Assembly (NCBI GenBank): GCA_963801165.1
Contig: CAWDDT010000011.1
Coordinates: forward strand, 416,001 to 480,000
Length of the DNA stretch: 64,000 nucleotides
Direction of reading: 5' to 3'
DNA from: an uncultured bacterium
Lineage (GTDB): Bacteria > Actinomycetota > Acidimicrobiia > Spongiisociales > UBA5794
The notes beneath the pieces were generated by a model. That model was not told the origin of the DNA. It made no database searches and saw nothing but the letters and a program-made list of their open reading frames with translations. Of this stretch, positions 8,397 through 17,220 are shown one piece after another (position 1 is the first letter of the stretch; every line of letters starts with the position of its first letter). The position numbers and the translations under genes were made by a program.

Positions 8397-9623
8397 CTAC
8401 CGCTTGATATTCACCAGATCGGCCAACACCTCGTCGGAGGCGGTGATCACCCGGCTGTTGGCCTGGAAACCGCGCTGGGCGATGATCAGGTTGGTGAACT
8501 CCTGCGCCAGATCGACGTTGCTCATCTCGAGAGCACCCGAGGCAAGCGTCCCGCGGTTGCCGTTGCCCGGCGCACCAATGAGTGGTTGACCGGAGTTCAC
8601 GGACGCCTCAAAGCGGGTCTCGCCGGACCGGATCAGACCGGACGGGTTGTTGAAGGTTGCGGTGGCGATCATGGCCAACACCTTCGTCTCACCGTTGGAG
8701 AACTGGCCGCTGATCGTGCCGTTGGCCGCAATGGCGAAGTCGGTGAGGAAGCCAATGGCATTGCCGTTCTGGTCGACGCTCTCTGCGCTCGAGTTGCCAC
8801 CGAACTGAACCAGCGGCGAGTTGCTGTCGAGTACCAAGTCGAGACCGAGCGGCGAGGCGCCCGGAGGCGTGTAGCCGCTGACCGCGATCGTGCCGGTGCT
8901 GGTCAGCTCGCCGTTGGAGTCAAAAGTCACCGAGGTCGAGCCAAGCGTGAGGTTGGTGCCGTTCATCGACGCCGATACGTCCCACGTGTTCGCTGAGGTC
9001 TTCTCGAATTGGACCATCAGCTCCTGGGGCTCACCGAGTGAGTCGTAGACCACGATCGAGGTGGTGTGGGTGTCCCCGATCACGGCATCGGCCGACAGGT
9101 TGCCCCCGACGTGCACGGTCGAGGTCTCGACGGGCTCGATCACCTGGGCGAGAGGCAGCTTGATCGACTGAACGGCGGTCTGGGTCTCGACGCTGCCGTC
9201 GGCGGCGGCGAGCCAACCCTGGACGAGCTGGCCACCCGGCGCCACCAGGTTGCCGGACTCGTCCCAGCGGAACGTTCCGGCCCGGGTGAACTGCCGTCCG
9301 GAAGCGGCCTCGAGGACGAAGAAGCCGTCGCCCTCGATGGCAATGTCCGTAGGACGGCCGGTGATCTGAATGGCACCCTGAGTGAAGACGCCATCGATGG
9401 AAGCGACCTGGACACCGAGCCCGATCTGGAGGGGGTTGGTACCGCCGGACTCGACACCGGCACCAGCCGGGCCCTGCAGCGTTTGCGCCATCGCCTCACC
9501 GAAGGTGATTTGGGCGCTCTTGAATCCTGCCGTGTTGACATTGGCGATGTTGTTGCCCACCACGTCCATCATGGTTTGGTGGGAACGAAGACCGGATACA
9601 CCGGCAAACATCGAACGCATCAT
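8397..9623 (-). CDS. flgE: Flagellar hook protein FlgE
   Basis: MRSMFAGVSGL..GNNIANVNTAGFK, FTRAGTF, GALEMSNVDLAQEFTNLIIAQRGFQANSR; 408 aa. Confidence 0.95.
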   Translation of the reverse strand: MMRSMFAGVSGLRSHQTMMDVVGNNIANVNTAGFKSAQITFGEAMAQTLQGPAGAGVESGGTNPLQIGLGVQVASIDGVFTQGAIQITGRPTDIAIEGDGFFVLEAASGRQFTRAGTFRWDESGNLVAPGGQLVQGWLAAADGSVETQTAVQSIKLPLAQVIEPVETSTVHVGGNLSADAVIGDTHTTSIVVYDSLGEPQELMVQFEKTSANTWDVSASMNGTNLTLGSTSVTFDSNGELTSTGTIAVSGYTPPGASPLGLDLVLDSNSPLVQFGGNSSAESVDQNGNAIGFLTDFAIAANGTISGQFSNGETKVLAMIATATFNNPSGLIRSGETRFEASVNSGQPLIGAPGNGNRGTLASGALEMSNVDLAQEFTNLIIAQRGFQANSRVITASDEVLADLVNIKR

Positions 9624-9760
9624 GTTGCATCACCCCTAGTGTGATGTCACTCCGTCCGTAGATGGCTGAGCCACCACATCCGTGGGCGGCGTCTGTTTGC
9701 AAGCGCAGCAGCCGGTCACCGCTGGAGTCGCGCCCCGGGCACAACGTCGCTCGCCAAACA

Positions 9761-9787
9761 CCGTCGGCGAAGCCACCCCGGGGTTAA
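9761..9787 (-). promoter_or_regulatory. sigma28-type promoter for flgE
   Basis: TTAA-N15-GCCGACGG. Confidence 0.75.
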
Positions 9788-9802
9788 GCAGTGTCGGGAG
9801 AA

Positions 9803-10423
9803 TCAGGAGGAGCTGGCGTGGCGAATGACCGGAGTGCCCGGCACCGCCGTGGCGCGGGCCTCGATCAGCCGGTTCATCACCTCGGGGGGGTCCACACGGG
9901 CAGCGGTGCTGCAGAGCACGACGGTGAAAGCGGGAACGAGAAAGAACTCTTCGCCGTCGTCGAGCGTCAGTGGTGTCGAGTCGAGCGCCCTCTCGATCCG
10001 GGCCACCACGGGAGCGACCCCGTCGTCGGACATCATCGGCATGACCGACACGAACCCGTCTTCATCGATCCGACCAACCGTATCGAGCTGACGGACCGCG
10101 GCGCCCACGAGCGAGCCGGCGTGGCGCATGGCTTCTTCGAGTGCCCGCCGCCCCCGCTCCGCGGAGATGCGAGGGAACGCAGGGAAACCGACGTGCATCA
10201 ATCCGAAAGCCTCACCCGAACGCGAGTACCGGGCTGCCGCTTTCTGTAACTGGGCGGCTATCCCGTTGCTGTTCGGCAGCCCGGTGACGATGTCGGTCGA
10301 CGTGAGCATGTCGAGCTGAAGCCGGAGCACACCGTTGTCGGCTTCGGCCTCTTCCAGCCTCGCCTCGAGGTGCGCGATACGCTCCTCGGCGCCTTCACCT
10401 TTCGTGGTGCCACCCGGGTTCAT
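9803..10423 (-). CDS. Degenerate GGDEF-domain protein with N-terminal coiled coil
   Basis: TDIVTGLPN motif; RQLD-TVGRI-DEDGF where RxxD-xxxRx-GGDEF is expected; start chosen at ATG 10423 with GGAG SD. Confidence 0.75.
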   Translation of the reverse strand: MNPGGTTKGEGAEERIAHLEARLEEAEADNGVLRLQLDMLTSTDIVTGLPNSNGIAAQLQKAAARYSRSGEAFGLMHVGFPAFPRISAERGRRALEEAMRHAGSLVGAAVRQLDTVGRIDEDGFVSVMPMMSDDGVAPVVARIERALDSTPLTLDDGEEFFLVPAFTVVLCSTAARVDPPEVMNRLIEARATAVPGTPVIRHASSS

Positions 10424-10469
10424 CAGCTCCCCAATCCGTTGGCTGAAAGTTACCAGTGCGATAGCCGTA

Positions 10470-10497
10470 CATTCGGCACCGCGATCGCCCACCTTGA
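10470..10497 (-). promoter_or_regulatory. sigma28-type promoter for GGDEF-like gene
   Basis: TCAA-N16-GCCGAATG. Confidence 0.55.
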
Positions 10498-10544
10498 GCA
10501 TATCGGACGGCGGTTCCCAGGCTCAAAGAAACCCCCGCCGACAC

Positions 10545-10571
10545 TTAACCGACGGCCCCTTCCGCCGACTG
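10545..10571 (+). promoter_or_regulatory. sigma28-type promoter for flgN-flgK-flgL-fliW-csrA
   Basis: TTAA-N15-GCCGACTG. Confidence 0.75.
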
Positions 10572-10579
10572 GTTTTCCA

Positions 10580-11080
10580 ATGGCTACATCAACCGGATTC
10601 ACCCACATGTCCGAGCTGGCAGACACCCTGTGGTACGAGCGGGGCCTGCTCGAGTACCTGCTGTTCAAGCTGGTGTCGGCCAACCTCGTGCTGATCGCCG
10701 ACGATCGCCGCTTCGTAGGACCGGCCATTGCCGAGGTGGAAGCAGTGATGAAGGAGATACGGCGAGCCGAGGAGCAACGCAGCCTGGTTGTTGCGAAGGT
10801 AGCCGAGGAGTACGACGTACCGCACCGCGCGGTAGGGCTCGCCTTTCTCGCCGAAAACGCCCCCGCCTCGCTCCGAGCCGTCTTCGAGGATCACATGACC
10901 CGTTTCATGGATCTCGTCAATGAGATCGAAACCCTCACCAAGGCGAACCAGCGTCTGGCCAGGGTCGCCCTCGACGGCATCCGGGGGACCCTCGGGTTCG
11001 CCGGCGGTGACATCTACGACGCGGCCGGAAGGGCCACCAGGACTCCCGACCATCCGCTCCGAGTGGACCAGGTGCTCTGA
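10580..11080 (+). CDS. flgN: Flagellar export chaperone FlgN (actinobacterial type; start 10580 or 10607)
   Basis: ELADTLWYERGLLEYLLFKL..LVL..R..EVE pattern; immediately upstream of flgK. Confidence 0.8.
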   Translation: MATSTGFTHMSELADTLWYERGLLEYLLFKLVSANLVLIADDRRFVGPAIAEVEAVMKEIRRAEEQRSLVVAKVAEEYDVPHRAVGLAFLAENAPASLRAVFEDHMTRFMDLVNEIETLTKANQRLARVALDGIRGTLGFAGGDIYDAAGRATRTPDHPLRVDQVL

Positions 11081-12447
11081 TGAGTGACTTCATATCGCTA
11101 TACACGGCATTCAGCGGTTTGACCGCCGCTCAGGCTGGTATCGATACAGCGTCAAATAACGTGGCCAACGCCTCGAACCCCGGCTACACCCGACAGCAGG
11201 TCGACCTCGTCAGCCGAGACCCCTATTACCGCCGCTACGGGGTGGTGGGCCAGGGCGTCGATGTCGCCGGCATCACCCGTGCCCGGGTCGCAGGTCTCGA
11301 TGCCCAGGTCCGGCTGTCTTCGAGCGCCCAGGGGCGTCTCGACACCCTTGCCGACCTGCTCGCCGGTACCGAATCGGTGATGGGGGAACCGAACTCCGGG
11401 ATAACCTCGTCGATGACCGGCCTGTGGAGTGCCCTCGACGAGCTACAGCTCGATCCTCCCAACGCCTCCGCCCGACAACACGTGATCTCGGCGCTCGGCG
11501 ACGTTGCCAGGACCATCAACAGCGTATCCGACAAGTGGAAGATCGAGGAGACCACGGCTTCCGATTCACTCTCCAGCTACGTCGACAAGACAAACGACAT
11601 GCTGCGAGACCTCGCCGATCTCAACAAGCAGATCCTCAACGCCGGTGCGTTTCGGGGTGATCCAAACGCTCTCCTCGACCAACGCGATGACCTCCTCGAC
11701 AAGCTCGCCGGGCTCGCAGGCGTCTCTGTCACCATCGCCGACAACGGTGCGGCCCGGGTCAGCCTGAACGGGCTGGCGCTGGTGTCCGACACGGTGGTTA
11801 GCCCGCTCTCGTACAACGAGACGACCCACGAGATAAGCCATTCCTCGGGAGCCGTCGTCAAAGCGGGTGGGGATCTGGCCGGCTACCAGAGCTACCTCCA
11901 GACCGAGCTTCCCCGGTTTGTCGACGCCCTCAATTCATTCGCCAAGGACCTCGCCAACGCGCTGAACGCCCAGCACGCCGCCGGGTATACCCCGGATGGG
12001 TCGTCGGGCGGCGACCTCCTCGGCTTTGCCGTAGGGGACGAAGCGGCCACCTTGACCGTGGCCGTCTCGAACGCCTCCGAGATCGCGGCCGCGGGCTCCG
12101 GCGCCCCGGTCGCCGACTACGACGGCTTGAACGCCGAGGCGCTTTCCCAGCTCAGACAGACTCTGAGTGCAGCCGGCGGCACGACCAATCTCGACGACTC
12201 ACTCCGCGACGTGATATCGCTTGTCGGGGAGATGACGGCGGCGGCTGCCACGGGGGCAAGGAGCCAAGCCGCCCTCACCAGCGCCGCAGAGAACTCGCGG
12301 ATGCAGGCACACGGTGTCTCGATCGACGAGGAGATGGTGAATCTGATCACCTACCAGCGTGCCTACGAAGCCGCCGCCAGGGTGATGACGGCGGTCGACC
12401 AGAACCTCGACACATTGATCAACCGGACCGGCATGGTGGGGAGGTAG
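11080..12447 (+). CDS. flgK: Hook-associated protein FlgK
   Basis: SNNVANASNPGYTRQ, NALLDQRD, GVSIDEEMVNLITYQRAYEAAARV. Confidence 0.95.
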   Translation: MSDFISLYTAFSGLTAAQAGIDTASNNVANASNPGYTRQQVDLVSRDPYYRRYGVVGQGVDVAGITRARVAGLDAQVRLSSSAQGRLDTLADLLAGTESVMGEPNSGITSSMTGLWSALDELQLDPPNASARQHVISALGDVARTINSVSDKWKIEETTASDSLSSYVDKTNDMLRDLADLNKQILNAGAFRGDPNALLDQRDDLLDKLAGLAGVSVTIADNGAARVSLNGLALVSDTVVSPLSYNETTHEISHSSGAVVKAGGDLAGYQSYLQTELPRFVDALNSFAKDLANALNAQHAAGYTPDGSSGGDLLGFAVGDEAATLTVAVSNASEIAAAGSGAPVADYDGLNAEALSQLRQTLSAAGGTTNLDDSLRDVISLVGEMTAAAATGARSQAALTSAAENSRMQAHGVSIDEEMVNLITYQRAYEAAARVMTAVDQNLDTLINRTGMVGR

Positions 12448-12449
12448 CC

Positions 12450-13334
12450 ATGCGTGTAACCCACCTCGGAGCACACCAGGCAGCCCTTGAAAGGCTCGGC
12501 AGCCGGCTGTCCGAATACACGGCAACCCAGGACCGGCTTTCCACGGGCAAGAAACTGACCCGATCCTCCGACGACCCAATCGGCATGAACCGGGCGCTCG
12601 AGCTGAGGGCGACTCTCGCCGCCCGGCAGCAAGAGACCCGCAACGCCGACGACGGCAAGATGTGGCTGGACCTCGCCGACACCACTCTCCAGGACGTGGT
12701 CACCCAGATCCAGCGAGCGCGCGAGCTGGCGGTGCGCGGCTCGACCTCAGTGGGGCCACAGGAACGGGAGGCGATCGCCCTGGAGGTGAGTCACCTCCGC
12801 GACGACATCGTCTCGCTGGCCAACGCGAAGCACCAGGGCCGCGGCCTGTTCTCCGGGTTCAGTTCGGGTGATGCTGTCCAGAAGATCGCAGGCAACTGGA
12901 CGTACACCGGAGACACCGGTCAGATCAATCGCCGGGTCGGGGAGAACGAGGTCGTCACGGTGAACGTCACCGGCGACGTAGCCCTCGGATTCTCGGCAGG
13001 CGACGATATCTTCACGGTGCTCGACAACCTCGAGGCGTCGTTGTATGCGAACGACACAACGGGAATCGAGACCTCTATCGCCGACCTCGATTCGAGCCTG
13101 GACACGGTGCTCGGCGGTCTTGGGACGATCGGCGCCCGCACCAACCAGGTGGAAGCCGCGCTCGGACGCACCCAGCACGACATCCAGTCGATCACCGACC
13201 AGCTCTCCTCGATCGAGGACGTAGACATAGCAGAAGCGGTCATGGACCTGCAGCTTCAGAAAACCGCATACGAGGCTGCGCTGGCGGCGTTCTCGCAGTC
13301 ATCGCGGACCTCACTGCTCGACTTCCTCTACTAG
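12450..13334 (+). CDS. flgL: Hook-associated protein FlgL
   Basis: LSTGKKLTRSSDDP, IEDVDIAEAV, SLLDFL. Confidence 0.94.
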   Translation: MRVTHLGAHQAALERLGSRLSEYTATQDRLSTGKKLTRSSDDPIGMNRALELRATLAARQQETRNADDGKMWLDLADTTLQDVVTQIQRARELAVRGSTSVGPQEREAIALEVSHLRDDIVSLANAKHQGRGLFSGFSSGDAVQKIAGNWTYTGDTGQINRRVGENEVVTVNVTGDVALGFSAGDDIFTVLDNLEASLYANDTTGIETSIADLDSSLDTVLGGLGTIGARTNQVEAALGRTQHDIQSITDQLSSIEDVDIAEAVMDLQLQKTAYEAALAAFSQSSRTSLLDFLY

Positions 13335-13397
13335 ACGTCTCCGCCTACAGCGTGGGACTAACTCGTTGTTTCGAGTTGCCGGATTAACCTATCCCCA

Positions 13398-13832
13398 ATG
13401 ACCGACGAGCCGACAAGAGATCAGAGAGAGCACAAAGCGGTTCTCGAGAAGGCGCTGCACTTCCCCGACGGCCTGCCCGGTCTGCCGGATCTCGAGAATT
13501 TCGTCATCGTCGAGCTGCGGGAGGACGGGGCTTTCCAACAGCTGCAGAGCCTCGACAACATCGATGTGTCGATAGTCGTGTGTGTACCCTGGCTCTTCTT
13601 TCCAGACTACGCCCCGGCGCTTTCCGACATCGAGCAGGCCGAGCTCGGGCTGGAGAAGCCCGACGAGGCCATACTGTTCGTACCGGTTTCGATCGATCCG
13701 GACAGCCACCAGATCTTCCTCAACTTGCTGGGCCCGTTTGTCGTCAACTCGAGAACCCACAAGGGTCGGCAACTGGTGCTGACCGGGACCAGCTACACGA
13801 CACGGACGCCGATCGAACTGCCGGGGACCTGA
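13398..13832 (+). CDS. fliW: Flagellar assembly factor FliW (CsrA antagonist)
   Basis: FPDGLPG, LQSLD, PWLFFPDY, NLLGPFVVN..GRQLVL. Confidence 0.92.
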   Translation: MTDEPTRDQREHKAVLEKALHFPDGLPGLPDLENFVIVELREDGAFQQLQSLDNIDVSIVVCVPWLFFPDYAPALSDIEQAELGLEKPDEAILFVPVSIDPDSHQIFLNLLGPFVVNSRTHKGRQLVLTGTSYTTRTPIELPGT

Positions 13833-14059
13833 TGCTTGTACTGACACGAAGGCCAGGGGAATCGATCATCGTCGGCGAGAACATCGTGGTGACGGTCATC
13901 GAGATCAAGGGCGGCCAGGTACGTATCGGGATCGACGCCCCGCGTGAGGTGGACGTCTACCGCGAGGAGATTTACGAGCAGGTCAAGCAGGAGAACCTGT
14001 CGGCAATCGCCAACGCCGAGCAGATCCGGCGCGCGGTCCAGGATCCTTCCACGCCGTAG
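13832..14059 (+). CDS. csrA: Carbon storage regulator CsrA
   Basis: MLVLTRRPGESIIVGENIVVTVIEIKGGQVRIGIDAPREVDVYREEIY; ATG overlaps the fliW stop. Confidence 0.97.
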   Translation: MLVLTRRPGESIIVGENIVVTVIEIKGGQVRIGIDAPREVDVYREEIYEQVKQENLSAIANAEQIRRAVQDPSTP

Positions 14060-14125
14060 CGCTGACGGCGGGCCAACACGAAACCCACCGTCGGTAGAGT
14101 TCGAGTTGTCCACCCAGGAGGTTCC

Positions 14126-14809
14126 ATGCGCAAGGCGCTGTCTGTAGCTTCTCTGGCGATCGCGTTGACACTGCTCGGCTCGGGCATCGCGTTCGCCGCG
14201 CACCAGTTCACCGACGTCCCCGACGGTCACGTGTTCCACAGCGATATCTCGTGGCTGGCCGATCACGGGATCACCAAGGGCTGTAACCCGCCGGGCAACG
14301 ACGAATACTGCCCCGATGATGCCGTCACCCGTGGGCAGATGGCGGCGTTCTTGCACCGGTTCGGTGACATCGACATCTCGACCACCATCGCCATCGACCA
14401 GTTCGGTTTCACCCCGGTTCGCGACAACCACACTTTCCTCGACTACGACTACCAGGCGGCGGGGAATCTCGGTCGATACTCGACAGACATTCTCGGGGCA
14501 TCCGTCCCGGTTCCCGACGGGGCGACAATCACCGGGCTCTCGGCAACGTTTTGCGACTCGACATCCATGGACGACTACGTCGCCCGGCTCCTCCGCCGAC
14601 CAGACCCAGCCGTTAGCGCGCCTGCCGAGGTTCTGGCTGAGGTGAGCAGCTCGGGCGCAGACTGTGCGATGACGGTGTCGACAACATCGATCAACGACCC
14701 GGAGGTCGACACCTCCGCCTATTCGTACGCCATTTTGATCACCAGCGCCACCGGGAACGTCAACATCCGCCGGGCAACGGTCACCTACGACATGCCGCTC
14801 GTGCCGTAG
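14126..14809 (+). CDS. Secreted protein with S-layer homology (SLH) domain
   Basis: Signal peptide, then FTDVPDGHVFHSDISWLADHGITKGCNPP..YCPDDAVTRGQMAAFLHR. Confidence 0.85.
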   Translation: MRKALSVASLAIALTLLGSGIAFAAHQFTDVPDGHVFHSDISWLADHGITKGCNPPGNDEYCPDDAVTRGQMAAFLHRFGDIDISTTIAIDQFGFTPVRDNHTFLDYDYQAAGNLGRYSTDILGASVPVPDGATITGLSATFCDSTSMDDYVARLLRRPDPAVSAPAEVLAEVSSSGADCAMTVSTTSINDPEVDTSAYSYAILITSATGNVNIRRATVTYDMPLVP

Positions 14810-14818
14810 GCGTGGGTG

Positions 14819-15343
14819 CTACGCGTTGTAGTCGAAGAAAGACGACGATGTCGCCGGGGGCGTAGTGAGTCCGATGGCGTCATAGCCGGAACGACCGAAG
14901 GCCGTAGGTTCGACGCGATCGATCGCCCTGGTGATATTGTCGATCCTCTCGACCACCATGCGCGAGCCCAACTCCTGCAGCTCCTTGATCTCGTCCATCG
15001 TGGCGACCATGCGCCGCTTGAGGCCCTCGAGTGGCGCAACCGCCAGGTCGGGGGCATATGCGATGAGCTGGGTGAGGGTCAGGCTGTCGTTGGCGAGCCC
15101 GAGGGCGGCGGTGACATCGCCGACCAGCATCGACCTGGCCACCTCGAGGGCACCGAGGTCGTCACGGATGGCATCGATCTCGTCGAAGATCTTGGGAAGA
15201 AACCGGGACTCGTCGGCTCGGGCCAGCATCTCCGCCTGCGTCAGCTTGAAGGTCAGCCGCTCCAGAATCGACAACTCGCGATTGAGTACGCCGACGAGAG
15301 CGATGTAGCGCTCATTGATGAGGAGTTTCACTGAGGTTGCCAT
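14819..15343 (-). CDS. Second FlgN-like export chaperone
   Basis: LNRELSILERLTFKLTQAEMLARADESRF parallels the flgN N-terminus; C-terminal GYDAIG..FFDYNA. Confidence 0.65.
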   Translation of the reverse strand: MATSVKLLINERYIALVGVLNRELSILERLTFKLTQAEMLARADESRFLPKIFDEIDAIRDDLGALEVARSMLVGDVTAALGLANDSLTLTQLIAYAPDLAVAPLEGLKRRMVATMDEIKELQELGSRMVVERIDNITRAIDRVEPTAFGRSGYDAIGLTTPPATSSSFFDYNA

Positions 15344-15382
15344 GGCATGCTCCGCACGCTCAACTTCCGGCCGTCTTCGATC

Positions 15383-15409
15383 CTGTCGGCACCCGATCGA
15401 GCCGAATAA
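15383..15409 (-). promoter_or_regulatory. sigma28-type promoter for second flgN-like gene
   Basis: TTAT-N15-GCCGACAG. Confidence 0.65.
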
Positions 15410-15730
15410 GGACTGTCGTGGCGCTTAGGCAGGCGCCCGATCGGTCGACAGGATGGGGGTCCACCCGCACGGAGGCGGGCAGCGAGGTACAAGGAGGTAC
15501 GTCCCGCAAGGACCCGTTGTCCATCAGGCTGCTGCCGTCCGTCTTCACAGACGGAGTTTCGGAGTCCTCAGCGGCTCCATCCGTCTTCAACCGCCAACCG
15601 TGACGACGCCCGGCGGCAGCCGGCAACGGACATGGTGCCGGGGTAAGCGATGGTCCCCTCACACCGCCGTTGGTGGATCGTTGAGCCCCGGCACCAAGAA
15701 ACCCTCGCCGGATCAGCCCTTCTGCCCTGC

Positions 15731-15967
15731 TCAGTCGTTTGCCCGTCGTTGCGGGCGCTCCGCTCCCTGACGCTCCATGGAACCGGCCATCGCAGACAGC
15801 CCGATCCTTCCGATCAGTCTGACCACGACCACAGCACCAAACGTCATCCCCGCCCTGATGGCCGCGTCGACGATATCCAGATCCCCCGAAGCGACGCCGT
15901 AGGCGATGAGCCCGATGGCGATCAGACCCAGCATGGCCGCGAGCCGGTTGATCGGATTGCCGCTCAT
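15731..15967 (-). CDS. Small two-TM membrane protein, unknown function
   Basis: Two hydrophobic stretches; start overlaps the upstream stop (ATGA). Confidence 0.6.
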   Translation of the reverse strand: MSGNPINRLAAMLGLIAIGLIAYGVASGDLDIVDAAIRAGMTFGAVVVVRLIGRIGLSAMAGSMERQGAERPQRRAND

Positions 15968-17220
15968 CGGCGCCCCACCATCCGCCGCACGGCGAGCGCA
16001 ACGTCAGTCGGCTGTGCCCGCACCATCGACGACACGAACCCGTCGACGGTCCCATATCCGAGGGTGGCGCCGAGAGTGAACGCCAAATACAACGCATCCG
16101 CGACGGCCGTCTCGCCGACCCAGGAGACCGCTACGGGCTCGCCGATCAACAGATCCTGCCATCGCTCGTCGCCGATAACCAGATGGATGCCCCGGCCGCC
16201 CCGCACAAACTCCAACCACTGCCGGTCGGCGGGTGTGTCGTCCACCATCGCACAGAACGAGCCGGCATATGGAGCCATGTCCCCGGACCGGATCAGGGGC
16301 AGACCGAGCGGCTCGGCAAGACGCTCGGCGTGCGGCCCGACCACGATGACGTCGCCTTCGGGCAGCGGCCCGCAGTGGGGCGCCACGGTAGCGGCGATGC
16401 GGTCGATCCAACCCATGTCGTCATTCCCGTCGAGATCGGTGACCGCGGCGATGATCGGGGCGGGGAGACCGAGCCTGAGCAGAGCCGTGGTGCTCCAAGC
16501 GATCCGGCCCATGCCATGGGGAGCGTCGATCGGCTCCGCGGTACGCCACCAACCGGTGTCGCCATCTGCCACCGTCATGTCCTGGTCGGGTGCCGTCTCC
16601 CGCTCATCAACCGGGGCCGGCTCCGCGTAATCCTCTCCCGCGGCCTCCGTGACCTCCACGGCGAGCAATGCCGGGAAGACCACAGCCGGCGTCTCGACCT
16701 CGGGATCTGTAGGTGCGACCTCGGATTGCCGAGCGTCTTCGGCAGGCTCGGGATCGGTGACTGCCAGCAGCGCCGGGCCCACGACGACGGGCTCCGGGAC
16801 CTCGTCGGCAAACGGGGGCACGAAATGCACTTCGGGTGCGCTGTCCTCGAGCGGCTCGGGGGCAGGCAGGGCGGCAACGCCGCCGTCCTCGTCCGCTACC
16901 GCCAGCTCACGCTGTAGCACCGTCCGGAAGTCGGAGTCTTCGGCGTCGGCGCTCTGCGCCATCCGCTCCAACACGTCGGCGATCCCTCCACCCTGAGGCC
17001 GGGAAGGCGGGCGAAACTGTGCCGGAGCCGCGGTGCGCCGCCGCCTGGCGGTCAGCTGCACCATCTCCTTGGCAAAGAATCCACCCACTCCACCGCGGTG
17101 TACCTTCTGGGCCCGCATGATCTCGGCATCCTCGCCAAACTGGGCAGAGATCTCGGCAAGGGCATCTTCGACGGTCGGGGCTTCGACCGTCACCTGGTCG
17201 GGGTTGGCTGATTCAAGCAT
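15964..17220 (-). CDS. FlhF-like protein lacking a recognisable GTPase P-loop
   Basis: N-terminus VEAPTVEDALAEISAQFGEDAEIMRAQKVHRGGVGGFFAKEMVQLTA resembles the FlhF N-terminus; directly after flhA; acidic Pro-rich linker. Confidence 0.6.
   Translation of the reverse strand: MLESANPDQVTVEAPTVEDALAEISAQFGEDAEIMRAQKVHRGGVGGFFAKEMVQLTARRRRTAAPAQFRPPSRPQGGGIADVLERMAQSADAEDSDFRTVLQRELAVADEDGGVAALPAPEPLEDSAPEVHFVPPFADEVPEPVVVGPALLAVTDPEPAEDARQSEVAPTDPEVETPAVVFPALLAVEVTEAAGEDYAEPAPVDERETAPDQDMTVADGDTGWWRTAEPIDAPHGMGRIAWSTTALLRLGLPAPIIAAVTDLDGNDDMGWIDRIAATVAPHCGPLPEGDVIVVGPHAERLAEPLGLPLIRSGDMAPYAGSFCAMVDDTPADRQWLEFVRGGRGIHLVIGDERWQDLLIGEPVAVSWVGETAVADALYLAFTLGATLGYGTVDGFVSSMVRAQPTDVALAVRRMVGRR

Noticed and set aside
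15420-15720. flgM or another small gene between flgN2 and the membrane ORF
   Set aside because: No frame with a credible start, SD and FlgM-like motif.
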